Shown here: piece after piece, positions 24,474 through 35,910 of the stretch
Layout: each line of letters opens with the position of its first letter
Position numbering within the stretch: the first letter of the stretch is position 1
NCBI GenBank assembly: GCA_964016885.1
Contig: OZ024741.1
Span: 282,100,001 to 282,164,000, forward strand
Origin: Eledone cirrhosa
Taxonomy: Eukaryota
Direction of reading: 5' to 3'
Length of the DNA: 64,000 nucleotides
Notes under the pieces: model-generated
Told to the model about the DNA's origin: nothing
Databases searched by the model: none
Seen by the model: only the letters and a program-made list of their open reading frames with translations
Position numbers and translations under genes: made by a program

Positions 24474-24846
24474 GAAGGCACATGGCTCAGTGGTTAGAGT
24501 ATTGGGCTTGCAATTGAAAGGTTGTGAGTTTAATTCTCAGACCGGGTGATGTGTTGTTTCCTTGAGCAAGACGCTTTATTTGACATTGCACCAGTTTACT
24601 CAGCTGTAGAAATGAGATGATAGGACTGGGGTCCCTATCATTCCACTGCAAAGTGGTCGTGGAGGTGCCACGGCAAAAAAAACCAAAAAAACACCCAGCA
24701 CTCACTGTAAATGAGGTTGGTGTTAGGAAGGGCATCCAGCCAGAATCAGTTCCCGTATGAGCAAGACAAGGTCAGCCGACCGGACACTGGCCACAACAGG
24801 ACAACTCATGCTAGCGTAGAAGAACTGACATAAAATGATGATGATG
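24474..24846 (+). mobile_element. tRNA-headed SINE with RTE 3' tail (other copies on -: 25238-25605, 45434-45750, 57971-58390)
   Basis: Head TGGCTCAGTGGTTAGA (A box) and GTGAGTTTAATTC (B-box-like), joined to the RTE 3'UTR and (GAT)n tail; same junction in four copies. Confidence 0.8.
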
Positions 24847-24917
24847 AAATATAACAGAGTTTTATAGCTTGCTTGAAGCATTGATGAATAGGAAACACAA
24901 ATTTAAATTTTGAAAAC

Positions 24918-25236
24918 CAAGTTGAGGGCCTTTGAACCCCAGGCTATTGCAATAGCTGCTCCTGATTCTAGATGTGGATGACGGGACCTTTGGTACCACA
25001 CAGTGACGTCCTGTTCGAGAATTGGTCCAGCTCTCAATGCAAAAGTTTGGTCTTAGTCCCCCCAGGATTTTGCATATGTATATCATTGCATATCTCTCCC
25101 GTCTTCATTCCGAGGAGTAGAGTTTCAGTTCTTTTAGACTCTCCCAGTAGTTTATCTCCTTCATCGTGGCAACTTCATTGGATTGCTTCAAGCTCCATGG
25201 TTAGTTTGATACTATGGGGTGACCACAGCTGGGAGC
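24918..25236 (-). mobile_element. CR1/L2-group LINE fragment
   Basis: IYICKILGGLRPNFCIESWTNSRTGRHCVVPKV is homologous to ORF 22079-22510. Confidence 0.75.
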
Positions 25237-25667
25237 ATTCATCATCATTTCATTTTATGTCCACTTTTTCCCTGCTTGCAAGGGTGGGACGGGAACTGAT
25301 TCTGGCTTGATTTCTACAGCTGGATGCCCTTCCTAACACCAACCTCATTTACAGTGAGTGCTGGGTGCTTTTTTCCCGTGGCACCTCCACAACCACTTTA
25401 CAGTGTGGGATGGGTGCTTTTTTGCCGTGTCACCTCCACGACCACTTTGCAGTGGAATGATAGGGACCCCAGTCCTATCATCTCATTTCCACAGCTGAGT
25501 AAACTGGAGCAATGTGAAATAAAGTGTCTTGCTCAAGGAAACAACACATCACCCGGTGTGAGAATTGAACTCACAACCTTTCGATTGCAAGGCCAATGCT
25601 CTCAATATGTATGTATATATATATATATACACACACACATATATACACTAATATATACACACACACA

Positions 25668-25720
<53 letters not shown>

Positions 25721-25736
25721 TAATAATAATACATAT

Positions 25737-26663
25737 GAAGACTAAAATCCAAAGAGGGCTCAATAGGGATAAATATATATCAATTATATAAGAACCGTAG
25801 AGCAAATATTTATTAAAATAACAGATTAAAGTTTAAGTAAAGAATCGGCTGCTTTCACCCTTAAAGGGATCTTCTGAAACTAAAAAAAGATCAATCTGTG
25901 AACGCAGAAGTAAATATTTCGAAAAACGTTGCAACCGAAGGAAGACAGGAAGACGATACTTTGGTTCGTGGAGACGTAGTTTTAGGTATTTCTTCCTGCT
26001 TGGTACGGGTATGTTCTTTGTAGAAATATTCAGATGTTTCTGCATGATGAATATAAGTCAATAGAGTACTCAGTCAAGGGAGCCAAATAGTAATAATAAT
26101 AAATTAGAAGACTAACATCCAAAGAGGGCTCGATAAGGATAAGCATATATCAAATATATAAGAACCGTAGAGCAAATATTTATTAAAATAACAGATTAAA
26201 GTTTAAGCAAAGAATCGGCTGCTTTCATCCTTAATGGGATCTTCTGAAACTAAAAAAAAGATCAATCTGTGAACGCAGAAGTAAATATTTCGAAAAACGT
26301 TGCAACCGAAGGAAGACAGGAAGGCGATACTTTGGTTCGTGAAGACGTAGTTTTAGGTATTTCTTCCTGCTTGGTATGGGTATGTTCTTTGTAGAAATAT
26401 TCAGATGTTGTTTCTGCATGATGAATATAAGTCAATAGAGTACTCAATCAAGGGAGCCAAATAGTAATAATAATAAATTTGAAGACTAACATCCAAAGAG
26501 GGCTCGATAAGGATAAGCATATATCAAATATATAAGAACCGTAGAGCAAATATTTCTTAAAATAACAGATTAAAGTTTAAGCAAAGAATCGGCTGCTTTC
26601 ACCCTTAATGGGATCTTCTGAAACTAAAAAAAATCAATCTGTGAACGCAGAAGTAAATATTTC
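25737..26663 (-). repeat. ~370-bp tandem repeat (2.5 units), each with a hammerhead motif (25830-25881, 26200-26251, 26574-26625); retrozyme/pLTR-like
   Basis: Periods of 370 and 374 bp; minus strand AGUUU-CAGAAGA-U-CCC(5 nt)GGG-U-GAA-AGCA..UGCU-U-AAACU. Confidence 0.75.
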
Positions 26664-26789
26664 TAAGCCGACCTTTCCCAATTGCACCTCTCAAGGGCAA
26701 TGACACATGACCATGACCTCTGGCGTCACACAGTAATACAGAAGACCCGACTTTCCACAGGAACATATAGACAATATTTGTTTTCCTTT

Positions 26790-29700
26790 ATTTTTTTATG
26801 TCCTATCAACTAATCCGACCTCCAAAATGCTTGCAATTGACTATTTTTTTAGCATATTAACAACAAATATGATTTCCACTGCAATTAAAAATGACTAGCT
26901 TTGTGAATGGTTTTTCCACCCACTTTCTGCCTTCATTTTTCTACAAAGTTAATCATTGACAATAGGTTTCAAAGTTATATTCATTCATAATATGTGAAAA
27001 AAATAGTCAACTGCGAGCATTGGTGTGATGTAAATGGTAGGAGTAGGTGTTCTGTAATAAATTTACCATATGGTGAAGTATGGTTATGGTGAAGTATATG
27101 GTGTGGATTGGGGGTAGATTAATGTGCTGTGGTGTGCTTTGTTATAAGTGAGGATTTAAATTTCCACTTTAATTTATGTTAGAAAAAAATTTTTCCTTCA
27201 TTTTTGCATGTGCTATCAACTTCCAAGATGCTAGCAATTGACTATGCTTTTAGCATATTAACAAAAAATATGACTTCCGCTGCAATAAAAAATGACTAGC
27301 TTTGTAAATGCTGTTTCCACCCACATCCTCCCTCTTTTTTCTACAAAGCTAGTCATTTTCATCAGGTTTCTATGTCATAACCATTGATAATATGTGCATA
27401 AAATAGTAATTTGCAAGTACCATTTATGTCAAATTGGGTGGTAAGCACACACAAAAAAAAAAAAAAAAAAATGCCATATGAAAATTTGTCACACCAAAAT
27501 CAATAGCTTGGTGTAATGTAGTATGGTGTGGTTTGGTGAACTTTCTACAAAGATAGTCATTTTCGACAGGTTTCCATGTTATAATTATTGATATGTGAAA
27601 AAAAAAGTAAATTGGGAGCACCTTTAATGTCAGATTGGGTACACAGAAATGTCAGATTGGCACACAGAAATGTCAGATTGGCACACAGAAAAAAAAAGCA
27701 AACGGGAAAAAAATGTTTCACACCAAGATCAATAGCTTGGTGCAATGTAGTATGGTGTAACTTGGTATGGTGTGGTTTGGTTTGGTGAAATTATGAAATG
27801 AAAACCAATTGTAAACGATAGATTCCCATGTTATATTCATTGATAATGTGGGAAAATAGTCATTAGCAAGCACTTTTGATGTTAGTTTGAGGTGGTAACC
27901 ACAAAAAAAAAGAAAAAGCAGGTAGCAAATTTGTCACATTGATCTCCATACCATGGTGTAATGTAAATGGTAGGAGTAGGTGTTCTGTAATAAATTTACC
28001 ATATAGTGAAGTATGGTTATGGTGAAGTATATGGTGTGGATTGGGGTAGATTAATGTGCTGTGGTGTGCTTTGTTATAAGTGAGGATTTAAATTTCCACT
28101 TTGATTTATGTTAGAAAAAAAATTTTTCCTTCATTTTTGCATGTGCTATTAACTTCCAAGATGCTCGCAGTGGACTATGCTTTTAGCATATTAACAAAAA
28201 ATATGACTTCCGCCGCAATAAAAAATGGCTAGCTTTGTAAATGGTATTTCCACGCACATCCTCCCTCTTTTTTCTACAAAGCTAGTCATTTTCATCAGGT
28301 TTCCATGTCATAACCATTGATAATATGTGCATAAAATAGTAATTTGCGAGCACCTTTTATGTCAAATTGGGTGGTAAGCACAAAAAAAAAAAAAAATGCC
28401 TGATGAAAATTTGTCACACCAAAATCAATATCTTGGTGTGATGTAGTATGGTGTGGTTTGGTGAAGTTTCTACAAAAATAGTCATTTTCGACAGGTTTCC
28501 ATATCATTGATAAGTGGAAAAAAAAATAGTCAATTGGGAGCACCTTTAATGTCAGATTGGGTAGTAAGCACACACACAAAAAAAAGGAAACGGGAAGAAA
28601 ATGTTTCACATCAAGATCAATAGCTTGGTGCAATGTAGTATGGTGTAACTTGGTATGGTGTGATTTGGTTTGGTTTGGTGAAGTTATGAAATAGAAAACA
28701 ATTGTAAACGATAGATTCCCATGTCATATTCATTGATAATGTGTGAGAAAATAGTCATTTGCAAGCACCTTTGATGTTAGTTTGAGGTGGTAACCACAAA
28801 AAAAAAAAAAAAGCAGGTAGCAAATTTGTCACATTGATGTCCATATCATGGTGTAATGTAAATGGTAGGAGTAGGTGTTCTGCAATAAATTTACCATATA
28901 GTGTAGTATGGTTATGGTGAATTTATGGGATAGATCAATGTGCTGTGGTGTGCTTTGTTATAAGTGAGGATTTAAATTTCTACTTTGATTTATGTTAGAA
29001 AAAAATTTTTCCTTCATTTTTGCATGTGCTATCAACTTCCAAGATGCTCGCAGTGGACTATGCTTTTAGCATATTAATAAAAAATGACTAGCTTTGTAAA
29101 TGGTATTTCCACGCACATCCTCCCTCTTTTTTCTACAAAGCTAGTCATTTTCATCAGGTTTCCATGTCATAACCATTGATAATATGTGCATAAAATAGTA
29201 ATTTGCGAGCACCATTTATTTATGTCAAATTGGGTGGTAAGCACAAAAAAAAAAAAAAAAAAATGCCAGATAAAAATTTGTCACACCAAAATCAATATCT
29301 TGGTGTGATGTAGTATGGTGTGGTTTGGTGAAGTTTCTACAAAGATAGTCATTTTCGACAGGTTTCCATGTCATAATTATTGATAAGTGGAAAAAAATAG
29401 TCAATTGGGAGCACCTTTAATGTCAGATTGGGTGGTAAGCACACACACAAAAAAAAATGGAAACGGGAAGAAAATGTTTCACACCAAGATCAATAGCTTG
29501 GTGTGATGTAGTATGGTGTAACTTGGTATGGTGTGGTTTGGTTTGTGAAGTTATGAAATAGAAACGAATTGTAAACGATAGAATCCCATGTCATATTCAT
29601 TAATAATGTGTGGGAAAATAGTCATTTGCAAGCACCTTTGATGTTAGTTTGAGGTGGTAACCACAAAAAAAAAAAAATCAGGTAGCAAATTTGTCACATT

Positions 29701-30270
29701 GATGTCCATATCATGGTGTGATGTAAATGGTAGGAGTAGGTGTTTTGTAATAAATTTACCATATAGTGAAGTATGGTTATGGTGTGGATTGGGGTAGATT
29801 AATGTGCTGTGGTGTGCTTTGTTATAAGTGAGGATTTAAATTTCCACTTTGATTTATGTTAGAAAAAAAATTTTTCCTTCATTTTTGCATGTGCTATCAA
29901 CTTCCAAGATGCTCGCAGTGGACTATGCTTTTAGAATATTAACAAAAAATATGACTTCCGCCGCAATAAAAAATGGCTAGCTTTGTAAATGGTATTTCCA
30001 CGCACATCCTCCCTCTTTTTTCTACAAAGCTAGTCATTTTCATCAGGTTTCCATGTCATAACCATTGATAATATGTGCATAAAATAGTAATTTGCGAGCA
30101 CCTTTTATGTCAAATTGGGTGGTAACCACAAAAAAAAAAAAGCAGGGAGCAAATTTGTCACATTGATCTCCATACCATGGCGTGATGTAAATGGTAGTAG
30201 TAGGTGTTCTGTAATAAATTTACCATATAGTGAAGTTTGGTTATGGTGAAGTATATGGTGTGGATTGGGG
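26790..30270. repeat. Complex satellite, ~865-933-bp units built from inverted sub-modules
   Basis: Anchor TAAATGGTAG.AGTAGGTG at 27031, 27964, 28859, 29724 and 30188. Confidence 0.9.
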
Positions 30271-30274
30271 TAGT

Positions 30275-31640
30275 GTGTTTGTGTCAACATTTGCGCTAGC
30301 GTTTGTGCCAGCATAGCCATCTTCGTCAGCGTTGGCGTTAGTGTTTCCATTAGTGTTCGTGTTAGTGTTTGATTTTGTATTAGTGTTAGCATTTTTGTTA
30401 GTGTTAGTGTTCAGGTTAGTGTTAGTGTTCAGGTTAATGTTGACTTAGTTTTCTGGTTAGTGTTAGTTTTCAGGTTAGGGCTCGTGTTACTTTTAGTGTT
30501 AGTGCTCAGGTTAGTGGTTTATGGTAGTGTTAGTTTTAGTGGTAGTGTTAGTGTTCAGGTTAATGTTCGTGTTAATGTCAGTTTTAGTGTTAGTGTTTTT
30601 TTTTAGTGTTAGTTTTTATGGTAGTGTTAGTGTTACTGTTACTGCTCAGATCAGTGTTAGTGTTTGTGTTACTGTTTATGGTAGCGTTAGTTTTAGTGTA
30701 AGTGTTAATGTTAGTTTTAGTGTTAAGGTTAGTGTTAGAGATTGTGTTAGTGTTTGTTTTTGTGTTAATGTTAGCATTAGTATTTCTGTTAGTGTTAGCA
30801 TGAATGTTTGTGTTAGTATTCAGGTTAATGTTAGCTTAGTTTTCAGGTTAGTGTTAGTGTTCAAGTTAATGTTAGTTTTAGTGTTAGAGATTGTGTTAGT
30901 TTTAGTATTTGTTTTTGCGTTAATATTTGTGTTAGTATCTCTGTTAGCATTAGTGTTTGATGTTTCCATTAGTGTTAGTGATTGTGTTAGCGTTAGTCTT
31001 TGTTTTTATGTTAAGGTTAGCGTTAATGTTAGCATTAGTATTTCTGTTAGTGTTAGCATTAGTGTTTATGTTAGTGTTCAGGTTAATGTTAGCTTAGTTT
31101 TCAGGTTAGAGTTAGTGTTCAAGTTAATGTTAGTTTTAGTGTTAGTGTTGAGGTTAGTGTTAGAGATTGTGTTAGTGTTTGTTTTTGTGTTAATATTTGT
31201 GTTAGTATCTCTGTTAGCGTTAGTGTTTGTTTTAGTGTTGAAGTTAATGTTAGCTTAGTTTTCTGATTAGTATCAGTTTTCAGATTAGTGTTTGTGTTAG
31301 TGTTACTTTTAGTGTTAGTGCTCAGATCAGTGTTAGTGTTTATGGTAGTGTTAGTTTTAGTGCTAGTGTTCAGGCTAATGTTTGTACTAATGTTAGTTTT
31401 AGTGTAAGTGTTCAGGTTAGTGTTAGTGTTTGTATTAGTGTTTACGGTAGTGTTAGTTTTAGTGCTGGTGTTTAGGTTAGTGTTAGTGTCAGTTTTAGTG
31501 ATAGTGTTTGTGTTAGTTTTCTATTTAATGTTAGTTTTCAGATTTTGTGTTTGTGTTAGTTTTCATGTTAGCGCTAAGTTCACTGTTAGAGCATGTGTGA
31601 GTGCAAGTGTTAGGGTAAGTTATTTTTAAAGTTCAGTTTT
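30275..31640. repeat. Degenerate (GTTAGT)n hexamer array
   Basis: Runs of GTTAGTGTTAGT/GTTCAGGTTAGT; the Val/Leu/Ser-rich ORFs here are artefacts of the repeat. Confidence 0.9.
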
Positions 31641-31969
31641 AGCTTAAAGTTAAGTTTTCTACTTTCCAGGAAAAAAGTTGATCCTCTCTAACTTGAGTGG
31701 TGTGATATAGTGTGGTAAAGTATAGTGTTTCATAGTCTTGTGTGGTGTTGTCTATTGTTGTATAGTGTAGTATGGTATATTGTTTCATAGCATCGTCTGA
31801 TGTGAGGTTGTACAGTGTTTCGTAGTGTGGTGTTGGATAATGTGGTATGGTATAATGTTTGTCAGTGTGGTGTGGTATGGTATAGGTTGATATAGTGTGG
31901 CTTAGTTTGATTATAATAATACAAATAATAATAACAATAATAATAGTAATAATAATTGTTCTTCTTGTT

Positions 31970-32130
31970 CATTTTCTTTGTCTTCTTCTGTGCCTTTGTT
32001 TTCTTCTGTGCCTTTGACTGCTTCTGTGCCTTTGACTGCTTCTGTGCCTTTGACTTCTTCTGTGCCTTTGACGTCTTCTGTGCCTTTGACTTCTTCTGTG
32101 CCTTTGACTTCTTCTGTGCCTTTATCTTCT
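31970..32130. repeat. 18-bp minisatellite (CTTCTTCTGTGCCTTTGA)n
   Basis: About 8 tandem copies. Confidence 0.9.
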
Positions 32131-33009
32131 CCTCTGCCATCTAAATACTAAAAACAAAGAATGTAAAACATATATGTTGCCTATCTCTCAGATTTTACAA
32201 AGTGCTGAGGAGATAAAGTTAATTTAAAGAGCAGTGTGCTCATGCACTGTGATCCTATAATGTAGCTTATAAGCTATTTCATAACTCAAAAACAATGTCA
32301 AACATCAACAAAAGTATATACAAATATCTTTGAATGTTTAAGTTAAACCTAAATAGATCGTATCTACAGGTCATTAGGTTAGGCTGAACTAAGATCATAT
32401 CTATAAATCATTAGGTTTAGACTGAACTGAGATCATACTTTCTTCTTCTTTTCGTCATCGTCGTTTCCCGTGTCTTCTTTGTCTTTGTTCTCATATTCAT
32501 TTTAGTCGTCTTTTTCTTCTTTTCCATCTAAATATAAAAAAAATTGTAAACAAATATATAGCTGATCTCTCAGACTTTCATGAAACACCGAGGAGATACA
32601 GTTAATATAATGAGTGGGGAGCTCATATATATATATATATATGGTATAGCATGGTATTATGTGGTCTGGGGTGGTACAACATGGTGTGATGTGGTGTGCT
32701 ATGATATGGTGAGCCAGGGGAGGGAGGGACACAACGTTAGATTAATGTTAACAATACACATGTAGCAGCCACATGTGATGAGAAGGGGGAAACAGCGTTT
32801 AACTTATTTTAACATTACATGTAGCATCCATCTACAGGTGATTAAGTTAAGACTGAGGTGTAATCATATGAAAAGGTCAATTTAAAACTACACTGAGATT
32901 CTGCTTAAAATGATGGTCAATGCAGTGTTTACTTACTCAGATCCTTTGAAATAACTTTCTTTCTCTTACTGTAACTGGACATACCTACGAAATAGAAAAC
33001 AGTCGAATA

Positions 33010-33265
33010 GACAGTGGTGTGGTGTGGTGTAGTGTGGTGTAGTGGAGTGTGGTGGAGTGGGGTGTGGTTCAATGTAGGGTGGGGGATATGGTGTAGTGGA
33101 GTGTGGTGGGATGTAGTGTGGTAGCATGTAGTGTGATGGCATGTGATGTGATGTGGCGTGGTGAAATGTGATGTGATGTGATGAAATGTGGCGTGGCGTG
33201 GTGAAATGTGATGTGATGAAATGTGGCGTGGTGAAATGAGGCGAGACAAGATGAGATGAGATGTG
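33010..33265. repeat. (GTGTG/GTGAT)n pentamer arrays (also 31690-31900 and 34160-34420)
   Basis: Seen directly. Confidence 0.85.
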
Positions 33266-34805
33266 AAATTTTTTCATCCTATTTTTCATGTGTTATCAAC
33301 TAATCCAATCTCCAAGATGCTTGAAACTGACTTTTTCCCCCCAGGAAAACGGTGGGGTGAGGTGGTTCCCCCTTCACCCGGATAACCCCTGCTTACCTGG
33401 AATTTTCTCTTTGATTCTATTTTCATGCGTTATCAGTGAATATGACTATCAAACCAGTCAAAAACAACTAGCTTTGGAGAAAGAGGAGAGGGAGAGGGGA
33501 AGCGTTTTGCAGATCTACACCCCACTCACATGTTGTGGGACTTAATCATTTTCAGTATATTTCCTCTGCTATTAATTTCCTGTGCTATTTCCTGTGCTAT
33601 TTCCTATGCTATTTCCTGTGCTATTAATTAATCTGACCTCCTAGATGCTTCCAATCAACTTATTTCCCTGGGTTAGGTTTAGGGTTTAGGGTTTAGTTTT
33701 ATGGTTGGGATATAGTTTAGGGTTTAGTTTAAGGGTTGGGGTAATGTTTATATTTAGATTTAGCTTGGTTTGGTTTAGGTTTAGGGTTGGGGCTAGATTT
33801 AATTTTATGTTTAATTTAGTTTTAGTTTCCAAATCCCAGAAAAAAAAATTGATTCAGAGCAGCTAAAAGGTCAGATTAGTTGATAGCACTCAAAAGGAGA
33901 CCGAAGAAAAATCATTAGGGTATATATCTACAAAACGACAATGGTTTTTCCACCTGCTTTACCCCTCCTTTTTCCTAGAACAACTAATCATTTCCAACTG
34001 GTTTGGAGGTCATATTCGTTGATAACATGAGAAAACTCTGGGGTTAAATGAGAGAAGTGCATCCACCTAAGTTTTCCATGAAGAGAGAGTCAATAACAAA
34101 CATCTTGGAGTTCGGATTAGTTGATAACACATGAAAAAAAGATGAGGAAAAAATTTTGGGTGTTATGTGGTGTGTGTGGTGTGGAGTAGTGTGGTGTGTT
34201 TTTATGTGATGTGGTGTGTTGTGCTATGTGGTGTGGAGTAGTGTGGTGTGTTTTTATGTGGAGTAGTGAGGAGTGGTGTGTTGTGTTATAGTGAGGAGTG
34301 TGTGTTGTGTTGTGATGTTATGTGGTGTGGTGAATTGTGGTGTCATGTGGTGCGGTGTACTGCGATGTGGTGTGGTGCAGTGCGGTGTGGTGTTGTGCAG
34401 TGCGGTTTTGTGCAGTGAGGTTCTTCATCTTTATCTTTCTCTTCTTCATCTTTGTATTCATCTTCTTTGTTTTGTCTTCCATCTAATCAAAAAAAAAAAT
34501 ATATATATATATAAAACATATATGTAGCCAATCTCTCAGACTTTTACAAAGCTCCAGGGAGATAAATTTACTATAAGTGGTGTGTTCCTGAACAGAGATA
34601 CTACAAAATAGCTTAAAAGCTATATATATATATACATATATATATAAATAAATATACACGGGTGTGTATGATTGTGTATAGAAGATTATATTAATAAAAG
34701 GAATTCCAACTTTGTCTGATTTACTCGTTTTATTTACAATCCTTTAAAATTATAATGGTTTTAGAATGAAATAGTATGGTAGAATATTAAGTGTTAAGTG
34801 TTAAT

Positions 34806-34844
34806 TGAACAAGTAATTTCATGCTTTCGCAATCTTCGGGTTCA
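34806..34844 (-). ncRNA. Hammerhead motif, U4C core variant, in the inverted pLTR of a Penelope fragment
   Basis: UGAAC-CCGAAGA-U-UGC(GAAA)GCA-U-GAAA-UUAC-U-U-GUUCA. Confidence 0.65.
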
Positions 34845-35159
34845 TATTCTGTGGTGACAGTCAAGTTTACAATTTTCAACTGTAATGAGATGGGTAAATT
34901 TTGTGCCTTATATACAGTGAAAAGCGGCTACAGAATGCTAAATTTTGCAAACTGTATTTCGACCAATTAGTGTGTAGTTTCATTGGATTACTGAAGCTGA
35001 TTAGGCATCACGGTTGGTTGGGCATGTCTAACGACTTCTATTTGGCCCTATTCAAAGCATCAATTGTTTTAATATTTTTAGAAATGATGAAAATAGCATT
35101 TTCTAGGGTTTTTTATACCCCTAAGAATTATTATTGTTCATTTAGCTTGGGTTGGAATT

Positions 35160-35474
35160 TTGAAAAATATTCCCAAATGCAAATATGACTGCAAAAGCAG
35201 AAATCTAATTTACTGCATTAAATGCCCGAATTGTGAAGAACTATATGTCGGTCAAACTGGAAATGCACTATCGGAACGTGCACGGGTGCACCGACAGCAA
35301 ATCAGAGACCCAAATGTCCGTCAGATACCCCTGAGTAACCATCTAGCAACATGTGGTCAGAAAATATTTATAATATTTCCATTCTACAAATTACACAGGC
35401 CAAGTGAAATCAAGAGAAAAATCAAAGAAAGGAATTTTATTGATAAATTCCAACCCAAGCTAAATGAACAATAA
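35160..35474 (+). mobile_element. Penelope-like element, GIY-YIG endonuclease 3' fragment with an inverted upstream pLTR (~34660-35160)
   Basis: CKSRNLIYCIKCPNC..LYVGQTG..LSER..VH...H...E..FI....PKLN; 35097-35160 is the reverse complement of 35445-35510. Confidence 0.85.
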
Positions 35475-35828
35475 TAATTCTTAGGGGTATAAAAACCCTA
35501 GAAAATGCCATTTACATCAGTATATTACTGGTACTTTATTTTATCGACCCCATAAGGATGAAAGGCAAAGTTAACCTCGGCGGGTTATAATAATAAACAA
35601 GAAAGACGGTATCATTTGCCCATTTCATTTGTATAACATCTGCCCTACGTGTTCTCATATCAACGGATATCAACGAATATCTCATATCAACGGATATTTA
35701 CATCTTGCATGGATTTTTGTCGGAAGAAAACACGTAGGGCAGATATTATACAAATGACATATGTCTTCGAAATAAGTATAATAAAATAAATAGGGATGGC
35801 AAGTGATACCGTCTTTCTTCTTTATTAT

Positions 35829-35906
<78 letters not shown>

Positions 35907-35910
<4 letters not shown>

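Noticed and set aside
24480-24550. tRNA gene
   Set aside because: A and B boxes are present but there is no complete cloverleaf; it is a SINE head fused to a LINE tail.
30521-31258. 245-aa hydrophobic membrane-protein-like ORF
   Set aside because: Product of the degenerate GTTAGT hexamer array.
31862-32140. Histone H1-like Lys-rich ORF (KAQKKS)n
   Set aside because: It is an 18-bp minisatellite; there is no globular domain and the other frames are equally open.
33670-33830. True telomere
   Set aside because: Short, degenerate GGGTTTA/GGTTTA tract internal to a repeat module.
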